NCBI GenBank assembly: GCA_012295275.1
Contig: CM022668.1
Coordinates: 16,430,001 to 16,494,000 of the forward strand
Reading direction: 5' to 3'
DNA: 64,000 nt
Source: Chrysomallon squamiferum
Lineage: Eukaryota; Animalia; Mollusca
Shown piece by piece: positions 1 through 14,900 of the stretch. A program made the translations under genes and the position numbers. The notes under the pieces are model-generated. The model did not search any database. It had not been told where the DNA came from and saw only the letters and a program-made list of their open reading frames with translations. Each line of letters begins with the position of its first letter. Within the stretch, counting starts at the first letter, position 1.

Positions 1-51
1 TAACTACATCATCAAAACAGCCATTCCTGCCTGGGGTCAGTCTTACACTCT

Positions 52-568
52 CTTATTTCATTTTATCTTATCTTATTTTATTTTATTTCATTTCATTTCA
101 TTTCATTTCATTTCATTTTATTTTATTTTATTTTATTTTTTTTTTCATTTTATTTCATTTTATTTTATTTTATTTCATTTTATTTTATTTTATTTTATTT
201 TATTTTATTTTATTTTATTTTATTTTATTTTATTTTATTTTATTTTATTTTATTTTATTTTATTTTTTTTTCATTTTATTTTATTTTATTTTTTTTTATT
301 TCATTTTATTTTATTTTTTTTTATTTTTTTTTATTTCATTTTATTTTTTTTTTTTTTTTTTTTTTTATTTCATTTCATTTTATCTTATTTTATTTTATTT
401 TATTTTATTTTATTTTATTTTATTTTATTTTATTTTATTTTATTTTATTTTATTTTATTTTATTTTATTTCATGCCATGTTATGTTCTGTTCTGTTATGT
501 TATGTTATGTTATGTTATTTATTTGTTATTACTACTAATACTAATACTACAGTTACTACTACTACTAT

Positions 569-643
<75 letters not shown>
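52..643. repeat. (TTTTA)n/(TTTCA)n and (CT)n microsatellites
   Basis: Directly visible. Confidence 0.95.
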
Positions 644-647
<4 letters not shown>

Positions 648-789
648 ATTACTTTAATGAAACTATTACATAAAATTAGTTTCTAATGGATTGTTCTTGT
701 TTTTATTGATATTTCTTGAATGTACTCTATCAGTTGTTATGTGTTGTAAACCAGTAAATTTTATTATATTTTATTTGTTTTTGTTTCAG

Positions 790-1264
790 GAATCCCGGTT
801 ATACCTATAATTATTGTTCTTGTCATAGATAATAACTTATATCGGGGTGGTAGTACATAGTAAGTATTCTTTATATTAAACTGAAATATTAGTAAATAAT
901 AGTAGTGACTACTAGTAGTAATAATAGTAAAATAGGAGCAGTAGTAATAATAGTAGTTATAGCAGTAGTAATAATAGTAGTTATAGGGGTAGTAATAATA
1001 GTAGTTATAGGTGTAGTGTTGATGTTTGTTATAGTAGTGGTATTAACAACAACAACAAAAACAAGAATAATAATAACTAACTGTAATGATGATAATAACG
1101 AGAACAATTAATCATAATGATTTTTGTAATAATCATAATGATGATGATGATGCTGATGATAATAATTATAGCAGCAAAATAAAGAAAATAATTAAAATAT
1201 CATTTTGTTAATTTAAGACTTGATAAGGTTTCTATTTATTCTCCTTGCCATTATTGTTTTTTTT

Positions 1265-1309
<45 letters not shown>

Positions 1310-2633
1310 TTGTAATTTAGACGTGACAGAGATAATAGCAAACCACGGATGTCAGTGAGATGTTTAAGAAGCTCAGATTTGACAGACATTTCAAAATGCT
1401 GTTGTTGTTGTTGTTCTTCTTCTTATTATTATTATTCTTCTTATTCTTCTTGTTCTTCTTCTTATTAACATTATTATTATTATTATTTCAGCTGCTGGAT
1501 GTCATTACAAGCGTTTTACTTTGCCTTTGCTCTGCCTATTGGCCTCATCATCGTGTGCAACGTGGTTCTGTACATCATGGTGGCTGTGAGTATCTGCCGC
1601 AGACCAGACATGTCCAGTAAAAGGTCAAAAACCTCGAATCAGAAAAATCTCGTGTCTATCAAGGCGTCTGTGTTCTGCTTCATACTCTTAGGTGAGTTAA
1701 ATAACAGTTCTGAACAGTGTATCTGTGTTCTGCTTCATACTCTTAGGTGAGTTAAATAACAGTTCTGAACAGTGTATCTGTGTTCTGCTTCATACTCTTA
1801 GGTGAGTTAAATAACAGTTCTGAACAGTGTATCTGTGTTCTGCTTCATACTCTTAGGTGAGTTAAAAAACAGTTCTGAACAGTGTATTTGTGTTCTGCTT
1901 CATACTCTTAGGTGAGTTAAATAACAGTTCTGAACAGTGTATCTGTGTTCTGCTTCATACTCTTAGGTGAGTTAAAAAACAGTTCTGAACAGTGTATCTG
2001 TGTTCTGCTTCATACTCTTAGGTGAGTTAAATAACAGTTTGATTTAAACCTGGTTTTAGTGCCACCTGTAATATTACATCTGTTCATCTAAAACAACCAT
2101 GTCAAAATTTGTCTGTCAGTGTATTTGTATTATATGTCATATTTGTCTAATTCAAACCTGTCTATAACAAACAGTTTTTGTCTCGTCTCCTGGGTGACCA
2201 TTGTGTAGTTGGACAGAGAATTCTCTTGTTCTAGTGTGTTTCTTAGCCAAATGTGTGACACAGTACAAAAGTAGAATAAAAATGTGTTTAGAAAAATTGT
2301 TAAAAAAGAAATGTTACTCCTTCTCGCATATAACTGTACAATAAAATAGTCTTTCCTCTCTCTCATGTTGCCACAGATTGAAAACTTTTAATGTGGATCA
2401 TTAATAACATAATATTATATACAGAGCTAAAACACGTTGAATTCTTCCATGTAACTGTAGATTAAAATAGCGTTGACTTTCTTTCTTTCTTCCCATATTT
2501 CCATAGATTAGAAATAAAATAAAACAAAATAAAATAAAATAAAATAAATAAATAAAAATTGAGAAGATAATGAATAAGATATTCATAGACTAAAATATTT
2601 ATTGACTAATAATATAGCTTCTTCTTCTTCTTT

Positions 2634-2684
<51 letters not shown>

Positions 2685-3079
2685 TTTTTTAATTTTTTAT
2701 TTTTTTTTTTTTTTACCCATGTAGGAATGACATTTATACATAGACTAAAAAATGTGTTTATTGCTTAATCTAATAACAATTATCTTCTTCTCCATTGTTT
2801 TTTCCCATTCTAGGAATGAGCTGGATTTTTGGCTACTTGGCTATTGCAGATGCTCGGATTGTCTTCCAGTACATCTTCACCATAACAAACACCATCCAGG
2901 GTTTCCTCATCTTTCTGATTTTCACTCTGAGAGACAAGCAGGTGAGAGACAGCTGGATGTCTCTTTGTTGTCCCAAGAAAAGGATGGAAAATGTTGCTGC
3001 CGGAAAACATAATGTCCATCTAACTGACCAGAGTACATCTTCAGGCACCCTCAGTTCTAGTACTCAGACAAAAATTTAA
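790..3079 (+). CDS. Adhesion/secretin-family (7tm_2) GPCR, last three coding exons (5' part outside the window)
   Basis: GT-AG exons 790-859, 1492-1691 and 2814-3079 join in phase: GIPVIPIIIVLVID..Y/CWMSLQAFYFAFALPIGLIIVCNVVLYIMVAVSI...SVFCFILLG/MSWIFGYLAI..VFQYIFTITNTIQGFLIFLIFTLRDKQVRDSW. The CW, LLGxxWxFG and NxxQGFxIF motifs are typical of TM4-TM7 of adhesion GPCRs. Confidence 0.9.
1667..2039 (+). repeat. 55-bp tandem array spanning the GPCR exon donor (7 donors)
   Basis: Unit TCTGTGTTCTGCTTCATACTCTTAG|GTGAGTTAAATAACAGTTCTGAACAGTGTA; GT at 1692, 1747, 1802, 1857, 1912, 1967, 2022. Confidence 0.97.
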
Positions 3080-3696
3080 ATAGTTTCTCCAAACCTGGCT
3101 TCCACAACACATGCAGTTCACTGTCGTTCAATGTTGGGTTGCTGAAATATGCTGATATAGCTCTCTTTGGTGTTTGATATAAAAAGTAAATTTATTGATA
3201 TCATGACTTTGGAAATCTTTTGAATTGGTAAGTTTTTGAACTAGAAGTGAAAAATTCTACATACAGATTATAAATTCATACTCTTGTAGGTTGATTTTGT
3301 TGTATTCTGATGCTTTGTAACAGTTCTTTTGTTAGGTGGTTTTTGGTCACCATTGTTCTATGTTTATGTTCATTTCACAATCATAAATATATTTTTAAAC
3401 AGTAATTTGATGGTTCTTATATAAATATCTTACTCTATGCAAATTTGATCTCCCATGTTCTGTACCATTGTTCAGTTCACAAACTTCAGTAGTACTCAAG
3501 TGCTGCTTGTTTTAAAGGTGGCTCTTACTTTAACCAAATGTAGCCCTTTTGTTCAATATTTATAATCTGTTTTATAAACTATATTATTTAACAGTATGTT
3601 TCATTTTATTCCTTCATTTCATCAACATTAAAGAAAGCTATACTCACTGACAAAAGGATGCAAAAATAATGTATAATCACTTGGAAACAATTATTC

Positions 3697-3736
<40 letters not shown>

Positions 3737-4499
3737 TAATTATTAGTTAAGATTTGTTAGTTTTGTAGTTTTGCTTGTTTCAAGAATTTTATTATGATTA
3801 CTTTATCTGTACAGTTCATATGAATAACTGATTATAATGATAAAATTTCTTGTTTTTTTCCATATATTCACATCTTCAAAAAGTCCAGATGAATCAACAA
3901 TATTTAGTCTTTATACTTCTATGTTTGCTAGTTTGAATTTTTTACCTCTGTTTATTGTTAGCCAAGTTGAGTTAAATGGCATCAGTCCGTATAGCAGTAT
4001 TAGAGTTGTTTAGTACTTTGTTAACCTCTTGAAAACTGTTTTTTATCAGCTTAATCATTTTTCATTAACATTTTGTTAGACGTTTGAAATTTGTTTTCAT
4101 TTATATATATTTTTTTCTAATTATTAAACTGGCAGTAACATAATCAGTATAGTTGTTTTGTAGAAAAGTCAAAAATTTATTTTTCTATTTTTAGTTTTAT
4201 CTGAATGTAACTGAAATGATATATATATATATATTGTTTTTCTTTGTCTGTGTTCATAGAGCACTGCAATTTTTAAAGTGTTATGGTAAAAATTTTAATT
4301 ATGGTAGAAATTTAAAATTTATTTTCTGTCAAAAAAATTAATTTAGACTTTGATTTATGTTACTGTCAACACTGACTAATAAAAACAGCACTGCATATAT
4401 TTTTATGAAATATTTATTTGATACATTATTTAACAATTTTAACAAGTTTGTAACTGTTAAATCACTGTTCTATGTTTACAGAACAAAACACTTGTTAAC

Positions 4500-4533
<34 letters not shown>

Positions 4534-5914
4534 ATATATACAGTAACACTTATTTAATAATGTTGTATATATAATAACCACACATTTGATAACATACATA
4601 TTACACATTGGTACATTATATACAATTAGCACATATTTGTTGTAATTTCTTAACTTTTGCAAACAAGTATATCAATAATCTTTTTTATATATTGTTTGAA
4701 TACTCATATACTTCAGAATTTTATATGCATTAACTTTTTATAGCTTTATACATTTTACAATGTAAATCATTTTAGACACTAATTGCTCATTTAATAAATT
4801 TGTACATTTTTGTTCAAGGAGTATTTAATTTGTTACATTTACAGATACACACCTCGAGGGGAGAGGTGACCTAAATTTCTAGAAATGTCAATTATCTGGT
4901 CCAGGGTTTGTGTTTTATATATATATATATAAAAAGAAGTAAAAAAATTTAAATTAATATTTAAAAAAATACAAATTAATATAATTGTGGTTTTCTGGAA
5001 GCCAGATGAATATCTGATACCTGTATCCAATTCAAAACATTTGTTTATCAAACAGGTGAAAATTTTACTTCAACACAACTGCACAAATAAAGAGTTTGTC
5101 AGTTTTCAGACACACAGTAATAACAGACATTTCTTATAATGAAACTGATCATCTTATTTTGAATAATCTAATTAAGAAATCAAAGTATCATTGTTGTTAT
5201 ACTCTGCAGCCATGTTTTCAGTAGTATACAAGGAATATAAAACATTGTTTAAACAGATTTATTATATTTGTCATCTGAAATAAAACCAGCAATTTTTTTA
5301 AATTTTGTTTTAAACAAAGGTCAGTATGAAATAAATTTATCATGTAAAGAAATACATTTAAAATGTTTATTACAGTAACTATGAAGTAGTCATGATGTAT
5401 ATGAAATTGAAGTAGTTCTTTATACAAGTTCATATATTATAGTTCATTATCAATGTGAACAAAATTATTGTTTCTAATAATGAATGATTAACATGGAATT
5501 AATACAGTATTTACTTGTCTATACATCAACCCTGGTGACATCAAGTTGAACTCACTATGCGCGTGAACACACACACACACTCACTCACACTCTCTAGTAT
5601 TACAAACTCTAAGTACATATATTGTATATTGAATAGTGAACAGTTTAACAGAAATGTGTTTAATAACAAGTTTACTTATTTTCTATGGCACAAAGAGAAA
5701 GGAATTAACCAGTATTGACATGAATGTATGAGTCTCAGTCCCTCTCTGCTGAACAATTTGCTAATCAGTTTTTATACAGAGTAAAGACTTGTATGTTGCA
5801 TTATCAGTCAGGATTCTGGGAGAGTGTGGCCAGCACAGATTTGCTCTAACATTACAGTCTGTCCTTCCATGAAACAAAGGGATTAACAGAGAAAATTTCA
5901 TTATACAGATGCTG

Positions 5915-5950
<36 letters not shown>

Positions 5951-8559
5951 ATACCAAAACATTGCACATGAAAGCTGAAAATTTATATTCTTCTTCAACA
6001 CACCCAAATATTTTCAGATAACAAAATATAAAACTCCATTTGTCTTACATATATACACACATGTATGTATAAGCATGCAGAAGCACACAAATATTGAGAC
6101 ACAGAATATTTTCAGTCAATTAGATATAAAATTCCCCCTGTCTTTCATGAGCAGAAACATACACACAACTGCACATATGCACACACATGTACACAATTGA
6201 GACAGAGCATATTCTACCATCAAGGTATTATATTTAAAAACATTACTAAGTACTTATATACTAATAAATATACTTGTGGGGTTCTTTGACACTAAATGAA
6301 ATATTCTTATCATGAAACAGCTATGGTGAAAGAAAATGGGTAATTTTTTTTTTCTTTCATGAATCGCAAATGTTAATATTAAACAATTTATCTGCATTTT
6401 TTTTTTTTTTTTTTTTCATTATTAAAGCAAGTATATGATAATTGTGAAAAACCTTCAACATGCAAGAAAATATTTAATTTTACAATTATAAGTGTACAGA
6501 AGTTTTAATTAAATAAATTTAATGTTTATAGATTATCTGAAGTACACAATTACTTTTCTCTAATATCTTAAAGTGTTTTAAATGTTTAATTTTATGTTTA
6601 CAAATATAGATAATTACTACATACATTAATGATAATCAGAAATTTAAAATTTTCATTATCTAAATCAGAAAAATAAATGACAGCAAAAAATGAACAATAT
6701 TTTAGCAGTGTATTTCATTAAGTATTTTAAATAATTATTTCTTTAATTCAGAACTTTCATTAATGTAATGTACCTAGAAAATAATACAAAGGATGATTGA
6801 TTAATTATGATAATAATCATATATTTTAATTCTTTTAAACTGATATTTATTGATTTCAAATAATAATAATAATAATAGTAATAATAAAAATAAATATAAA
6901 ATAATAAGATGAAGAAGAAGAAAAAGTAAAACAAAATATATGAAACTGTTGAGTGTCACAAGACTGACTGAATGATATGTCAGTGAATTAACCATGCCCT
7001 AGTTATCATTTCTTGTTTTTAATCAACTTTTTTATTATCTGTAAAATAAAATATTCTGAAACTGATAACAAAATCGGAGTCTAACATACAAGAACACACA
7101 AGTAGAGTGTAAATCACTAGCAATAGCACATTTTTAACAAGATTTCTCAAATGTACACAGATGAATTGTATGTTTTATATTGCAACAATCTTTGCCTTAT
7201 TCTTACATGGTATTTACTAGAAGAGTTACATACAAAAATGATAAAATCTGTTAACCTAAGGAAATACATGTTACTGGATGTCTTTATTAATATATATATA
7301 TATATAGAAAAAATATTTGTAGAAACAGACATCTATCTATCAGTTTTAGAAACTGACAAACAAATAGCAACATGGAAGACACATACGAACATGACTGTTT
7401 TTGTTTTGTCACTAAAGAAAAAACTAAAAATTAATAATAATCATCACAAATGCTGAAAAGCCTGCTTGTTTTTTATCTACAAAAATCACTAAAAAATAAT
7501 GATGATGATCACAAATGCTGAAAAGCTTGCTATAAATTGTTCTGTCATTTAAAACAGAAAAAAAACAAAAACAATAATAATAAAACCTATTTGCACAACA
7601 TGTATCTATATATACATGGTTATAAAACACAATGTAAAATGGCAATCGTACAAATGTTAGTATCTCAGTTTACAAACACACTGAATGTTACAGTTAAAAT
7701 ATTAAGCTACGTTTTAATTGAGCCACATTTCTGCACCACATTTTAATCAGCATTAAACACATTTTTATTTTTCATCTTCTAAATCACTAATAAAACAAAC
7801 TGCTGATTAAAATAAGCACCAAATTTTCTATTTTTCTTCTTTTTGAACAGAACTTCGGAGGGGTGGTGAATATTTGAATTTTTATTTAATTTAAAATCTT
7901 ATGTTTCAGGATGACATTAACAAATTAACAAACAAAACATAATACATATATTGATAGCAAAGCTGTTACTTTCTGATGCTGAGGTCCTTTTGGTTTATCA
8001 AAATTGCACAAGCAAGTGACAGATAATATCTTTTGCTGTTGTTACTATTAACTATTGCAATAATAATTGGTCTCTTTTATACTAGAAAATCCAATGCTTC
8101 AAACTGACATGCAAGTACAGTAGGTTTTGTTTAACACATCATTTCTTATCTGACAACTGAAAAATAACTGATGACATGAAAATCCAATGTCTGAAAACTT
8201 CACACATAACAAAAGCATGTTTTAATACGTCAGTGTTGTGACTGAAATAACTAATGTTAAAGCATGTTTTAATTATTCTCCTAGCTTTCCTTACTGCTAA
8301 CCATGCAATATCTAACTGCACCTTTCACCCGTAACTTCAATATTAACACGCAGCTGAGGCAGTTTTTTGTCAGTGACAACACCAGCTTCATTCATTTCAC
8401 ACGTTTCTCCGTTTCTTGTTTTCAAATACTGTTTTGTACTAATGTTTTTTGCTTTTGTTTTCTTCTTCTTTTGTAGCATTGTTTTAAACTATTTTATACT
8501 GTCTGACAGTAACAGTGACACGTAGACAGTGGATGTAAAATGGATATCACAGTTACTGG

Positions 8560-8929
8560 TCAGTGTGTCTGGTCTTCGTGATGACCGTGGTCTATTGGTG
8601 GGGGGGCATCAGGCATTGACGTGCGCACCCCAGACGTCAGGTAACCGGCCACACTCGGAGTGGAACCTGAAAGTGTCAAATGTAAACTAGTAAACAAACA
8701 AACACAGAGATAAATATATAAATAAATAACAAACAAAACAAACATATATACAAACAAATATACAAACAAACATACAAATACATCAATAAACAAACAAAAC
8801 ATATATAAATAAATAAACAAAACAAAACAAACATATAAACAAAACAAAACATACAAACAAAACAATACACACAAATAAATATATAAACAAACTAAACAAA
8901 CAAAACAAACAACCAACCAACCAAACAAA

Positions 8930-8975
<46 letters not shown>

Positions 8976-11900
8976 TTAAATAAATAAATAAATATTTAAA
9001 AATAAACATAATAATGCTTGAACACACTAAGACAGTAAAATACCAGAGTAATGGAATCACTAATATATAGTAATATTCACATACACACACCCAGACAAAT
9101 CAATACATATAGTAATCACTCACAAACAAAAACAGACACACATACACACTCACACAAAATAGAAAAAACTTATTTTAAACTTGTAAACTTTTAATACCAT
9201 TATACAGATAACGAACAGCTGAACACACGTTACATACATACTACACACATCTACTTCAGTGACTGTGTTTACCTGTCAGGTATCCAGAAATGTTGGAGTC
9301 TGTGATGAACAGCTGAACACACATGTTACATACATACTACACACATCTACTTCAGTGACTGTGTTTACCTGTCAGGTATCCAGAAATGTTGGAGTCTGTG
9401 ATGAACAGCTGAACACACATGTTACATACATACTACACACATCTACTTCAGTGACTGTGTTTACCTGTCAGGTATCCAGAAATGTTGGAGTCTGTGATGA
9501 ACAGCTGAACACACATGTTACATACATACTACACACATGTTACATACATACTACACACATCTACTTCAGTGACTGTGTTTACCTGTCAGGTATCCAGAAA
9601 TGTTGGAGTCTGTGATGAACAGGTGAACACACGTTACATACATACTACACATGTTACATACATACTACACACATGTTACATACATACTACACACGTTACA
9701 TACATACTACACACATCTACTTCAGTGAATGTGACTGTGTTTACCTGTCAGGTATCCAGAAATGTTGGAGTCTGTGATGAACAGGTGAACACACGTTACA
9801 TACATACTACACACGTTACATACATACTACACACGTTACATACATACTACACACATGTTACATACATACTACACATGTTACATACATACTACACAGATGT
9901 TACATACATACTACACATGTTACATACATACTACACACGTTACATACATACTACACACATGTTACATACACACTACACACATCTACTTCAGTGAATGTGA
10001 CTGTGTTTACCTGTCAGGTATTCAGAAATGTTGGAGTCTGTGATGAACAGGTGAACACACACGTTACATACATACTACACACATCTATTTAGGTGAATGT
10101 GTTTACCTGTCAGGTATCCAGAAATGTTGGAGTCTGTGATGAACAGCTGAACACACATGTTACATACACACTACACACATCTATTTAGGTGAATGTGTTT
10201 ACCTGTCAGGTATCCAGAAATGTTGGAGTCTGTGATGAACAGCTGAACACACATGTTACATACACACTACACACATCTACATCAGTGAATGTGACTGTGT
10301 TTACCTGTCAGGTATCCAGAAATGTTGGAGTCTGTGATGAACAGCTGAACACACATGTTACATACATACTACACACATCTACTTCAGTGACTGTGTTTAC
10401 CTGTCAGGTATCCAGAAATGTTGGAGTCTGTGATGAACAGCTGAACACACATGTTACATACATACTACACACATCTACTTCAGTGACTGTGTTTACCTGT
10501 CAGGTATCCAGAAATGTTGGAGTCTGTGATGAACAGCTGAACACACATGTTACATACATACTACACACATCTACTTCAGTGAGTGTGACTGTGTTTACCT
10601 GTCAGGTATCCAGAAATGTTGGAGTCTGTGATGAACAGCTGAACACACATGTTACATACATACTACACACATCTATTTAGGTGAATGTGTTTTACCTGTC
10701 AGGTATCCAGAAATGTTGGAGTCTGTGAACAGCTGAACACACATGTTACATACATACTACACACATCTATTTAGGTGAATGTGTTTTACCTGTCAGGTAT
10801 CCAGAAATGTTGGAGTCTGTGATGAACAGGTCGTGTCTCTGGTCTCTGTATTCCTTCCACACTGCAGACTTGTCCAGTAACCCAGTTATCTGTAACACAA
10901 ACACTCAACTAGTTATCTGTAACACAAACACTCAACTAGTTATCTGTAACACAAACACTCAACTAGTTATCTGTAACACAAAACACTCAACTAGTTATCT
11001 GTAACACAAAACACTCAACTAGTTATCTGTAACACAAACACTCAACTAGTTATCTGTAACACAAACACTCAATTCACTCAACGAGTTATCTGTAACACAA
11101 AACACTCAACTAGTTATCTGTAACACAAACACTCAACTAGTTATCTGTAACACAAACACTCAATTCACTCAACTAGTTATCTGTAACACAAAAACTCAAC
11201 TAGTTATCTGTAACACAAACATTCAATTCAATCAACTAGTTATCTGTAACACAAATACTCAATTCAATCAACTAGTTATCTGTAACAAATACTCAATTCA
11301 CTCAACTAGTTATCTGTAACAAATACTCAATTTACTCAACTAGTTATCTGTAACACAAACATGCAGTAATCAGTTCACTCAACTAGTTATCTGTAACATA
11401 AATACTCAGTACTCAATTCACTCAACTAGTCATCTGTAACACAAACACTCAGTACTTAATTCACTCAACTGTTGTATTATTTATCATTTCATTCTTCATG
11501 TACAGTTACTGACTACTCAGAAAATGAAAAAAATAAATAAAATATATATATTTACTTTAACAGAAAATATTTTATTGTCAGAATATATTCTATTCTTCTC
11601 TGATTAATACATCACAAATTGTCACACAGACTAACTGTTTATATTAAAGTGTTCTGAATGATATTAAACAAATATTCATTTATTCCTTCAACTTACACAA
11701 ATCAGATATCAGGCAATTCTGGTTATTTACTTTTGCTGTAAAGAACATATTTCAGAAAAATGTTGGGATATGTTTGAGAGTTAGATCTTGGGACATGTTT
11801 GAGAGATAGATCTTGGGACATGTTTGAGAGATAGATCTTGGGACATGTTTGAGAGATAGATCTTGGGACATGTTTGTTATGTACCTGTTCTCCATATAGC

Positions 11901-14900
11901 AAACTGCGCTGCATGGCTTTGAGAGCTTTCACTATTTGAGCTTTGGTCGCTGCTGGATTTTCTGTTGACTCGAGTCCCACTTCAAGCAGTCTCAGTAAAA
12001 ATGGAACAAGTTCGTGTTTCAAAGCCTGCACAGAAAAACACATACAGGGTGAATTAAATAACTAACTCATTGTATCCACACACACACACACACACAACAC
12101 ACACACACACACACACTCACACGCACTTAAAGTTAATAAAGCCAGACCCTCAGACTAAATGTATTCTAATTATTTTACATAAAAAAGAAATTAAAAGAAA
12201 AAACAAATTAAAAATATTAGTTTTAAATTTAAATATTTAAATAAAGAAATTAGAAGTTTATTAAATTTTTATAAAGAACAAATAAGAATAATTAAAAAGG
12301 ACTAAATTGAAATATTAAGAAGAATACAAAGTGTATTAACTGTAAACATTCTGAAGATAATAAATGAATTAAATATAAATATTCTGAAGGTTGCAAGTGT
12401 ATTAAGTGTAAGTATATACAGATTTTTGATTTATTAAATTTAAATATTTACCTGAGATACAAGTTCTTCTTCTGCCTTGTCAAAAATCCTCGACAGAGCC
12501 TCAGCAGCTAAAGCTATGGCATCTCTCCTCACCTTCATCGCCAGCTTCATAGGACCAATGCAGTCTGTGGTGGCCATACTACGCACACACAACTACAACA
12601 TCAACAGAATAAACTATACAGTGTTATAACTCGCATTAATTATAACTAACATACATAATAAATACTCTTTGTCAAAATATTAGGCAGTTAACACTGTAAT
12701 TTTACATGAGCAAAAAACCTATCTTGTTTTAAGTACTTAGAAATATATAGGACAGCACATATCGAAATATTTACACAGAGCCATGACATCACTTTGGATA
12801 TCAATTTTAAAACTACAAGACTTTTGAAAACACAGTTATACTGGACACTGAAATCAAACACAGGTGTTTAATTGTGAATCATCCCAGATTTAAGTAACAG
12901 CTTTGTTACTAGACTTCATCACACAGGAGTCTCAGTTACCTCGTTGCTTGACAACTGATGCACTATCTGGATGGCAGCTTTGGGAACAGCATTGTTGCGT
13001 GACTTCATGCTGCTGAAAACTCGTGGAATGTAGCCAAGCTGTGGAACCTGGTCTAAGAGAGACGTCTGACTGGAAAACAGACACACCACAGCTGTAGTCA
13101 CCATCTCCAAAACCTCTCCCTGGAAAACATGCATCTATAGTATGTAATTCATTTAACTACACCACTGTCAGTCATTACACTGTAATTCATCCAAAACCTC
13201 TCCCTGGAAAACCTTCATTTAAATACACCACTGTCAGTCACTACACTGTAATTCTTTGTAGCCATTACATACAACCTGTAACATGTACATCATGGAAAAA
13301 AATAATTATACTTATAACTGATTTCAAGAATGAGAAGCAGTCTGACATCTCACAGTGTAAAACAAACAGTACATAGACAGGAGTCTCACCCACACACATA
13401 ACAAGATGAAAGGAAATTAATGAACTACAGTGCAATGATATTTAATTTACATCAGCTGATGAGTTATAATGACATTTGACTTGCAATGATACAAACATAG
13501 TTGACTTACGTCAGGTAATGAGTTATAGTATAAAGATATTTGACTTGTATCAGATAATGAGTTCAGTAGAAAGATATTTGACTTATCAGGTAATGAGTTC
13601 AGTAGAAAGATATTTGACTTACATCAGGTAATGAGTTCAGTATAAAGATATTTGACTTACATCAGGTAATGAGTTCAGTATAAAGATATTTGAGTTACGT
13701 CAGGTAGTGAGTTCAGTATAAAGATATTTGACTTACATCAGGTAGTGAGTTCAGTATAAAGATATTTGACATATCAGATAATGAGTTCAGTAGAAAGATA
13801 TTTGACTTATATCAGGTAATGAGTTCAGTATAAAGATATTTGACTTACATCAGGTAATGAGTTCAGTAGAAAGATATTTGACTTACATCAGGTAATGAGT
13901 TCAGTATAAAGATATTTGACTTACATCAGGTAATGAGTTCAGTATAAAGATATTTGACTTACATCAGGTAGTGAGTTCAGTATAAAGATATTTGACTTAC
14001 GTCAGGTAATGAGTTCAGTATAAAGATATTTGACTTATATAAGCTAATGAGTTATAGTATAAAGATATTTGACTTACATCAGGTAATGACTTCAGTATAA
14101 AGATATTTGACTTATATAAGCTAATGAGTTATAGTATAAAGATATTTGACTTACATCAGGTAATGAATCAGTATAAAGATATTTGACTTACGTCAGGTAA
14201 TGAGTTCAGTATAAAGATATTTAACTTACGTCAGGTAGTGAGTTCAGTATAAAGATATTTGACTTACGTCAGGTAATGAGTTCAGTATAAAGATATTTGA
14301 CTTACGTCAGTTTGTTCCAGTGATGTCAGTTGTGACCACTTCTCTAAGAGTTCTGTGAGGAATTCCTTCGGATGTCGCAGCACCCAGCCAGGGTTTGTTA
14401 TGAAGAGGCGGAGAAAGACTCCGCCCACAACAAGCTCACCCTGCACATCTGTGTAGACGACAGAGAACTCCTCCGTCATGTTCCACTTCAAGTCCAGGTT
14501 CTCTCTCTGAGCATTGTAATGTCTGAAACACACACAGTTTAATACGTACAAACTGACACCCTGTCCAATTACAGAAACAATACTTTAAATCACCTAGCTA
14601 TGTTTTGATAAAAAAAAAAAAAAAAAAAAAAGACTAAATAAATAAATAAGGAAAAGAAAAGAAAGGAAAATAAAATAATTAAATGAATGAAAAATAAATG
14701 ATTTCAGATCTTTAGGACAGGATATATGTTTTATTATTTAAAAATAATGTGATAATAACAAATAACATGTATATTATAAAATCACAGGAGAAAACACACA
14801 GAAGCATATTAAGGTACACTTATTTTGAATGTGGTTCTACTTATTTTTTAACCTGTAGAAGTGTATAATATTTGTAAAGTACTTTAGTGAAATCATTAAT

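Noticed and set aside
8667-9090. In-frame hydrophobic extension of the last DNAJC13 exon (176-aa ORF)
   Set aside because: T-rich low-complexity intron; a proper acceptor (tttcag) at 8666 matches the phase of the previous exon.
9259-10680. Plus-strand repetitive ORFs of 118-163 aa
   Set aside because: Antisense translation of the 96-bp array; open only because the unit is a multiple of 3.
9212-14310. Regular repeats resembling CRISPR arrays
   Set aside because: No unique spacers and no cas genes; eukaryotic intronic context; units derive from adjacent exon junctions.
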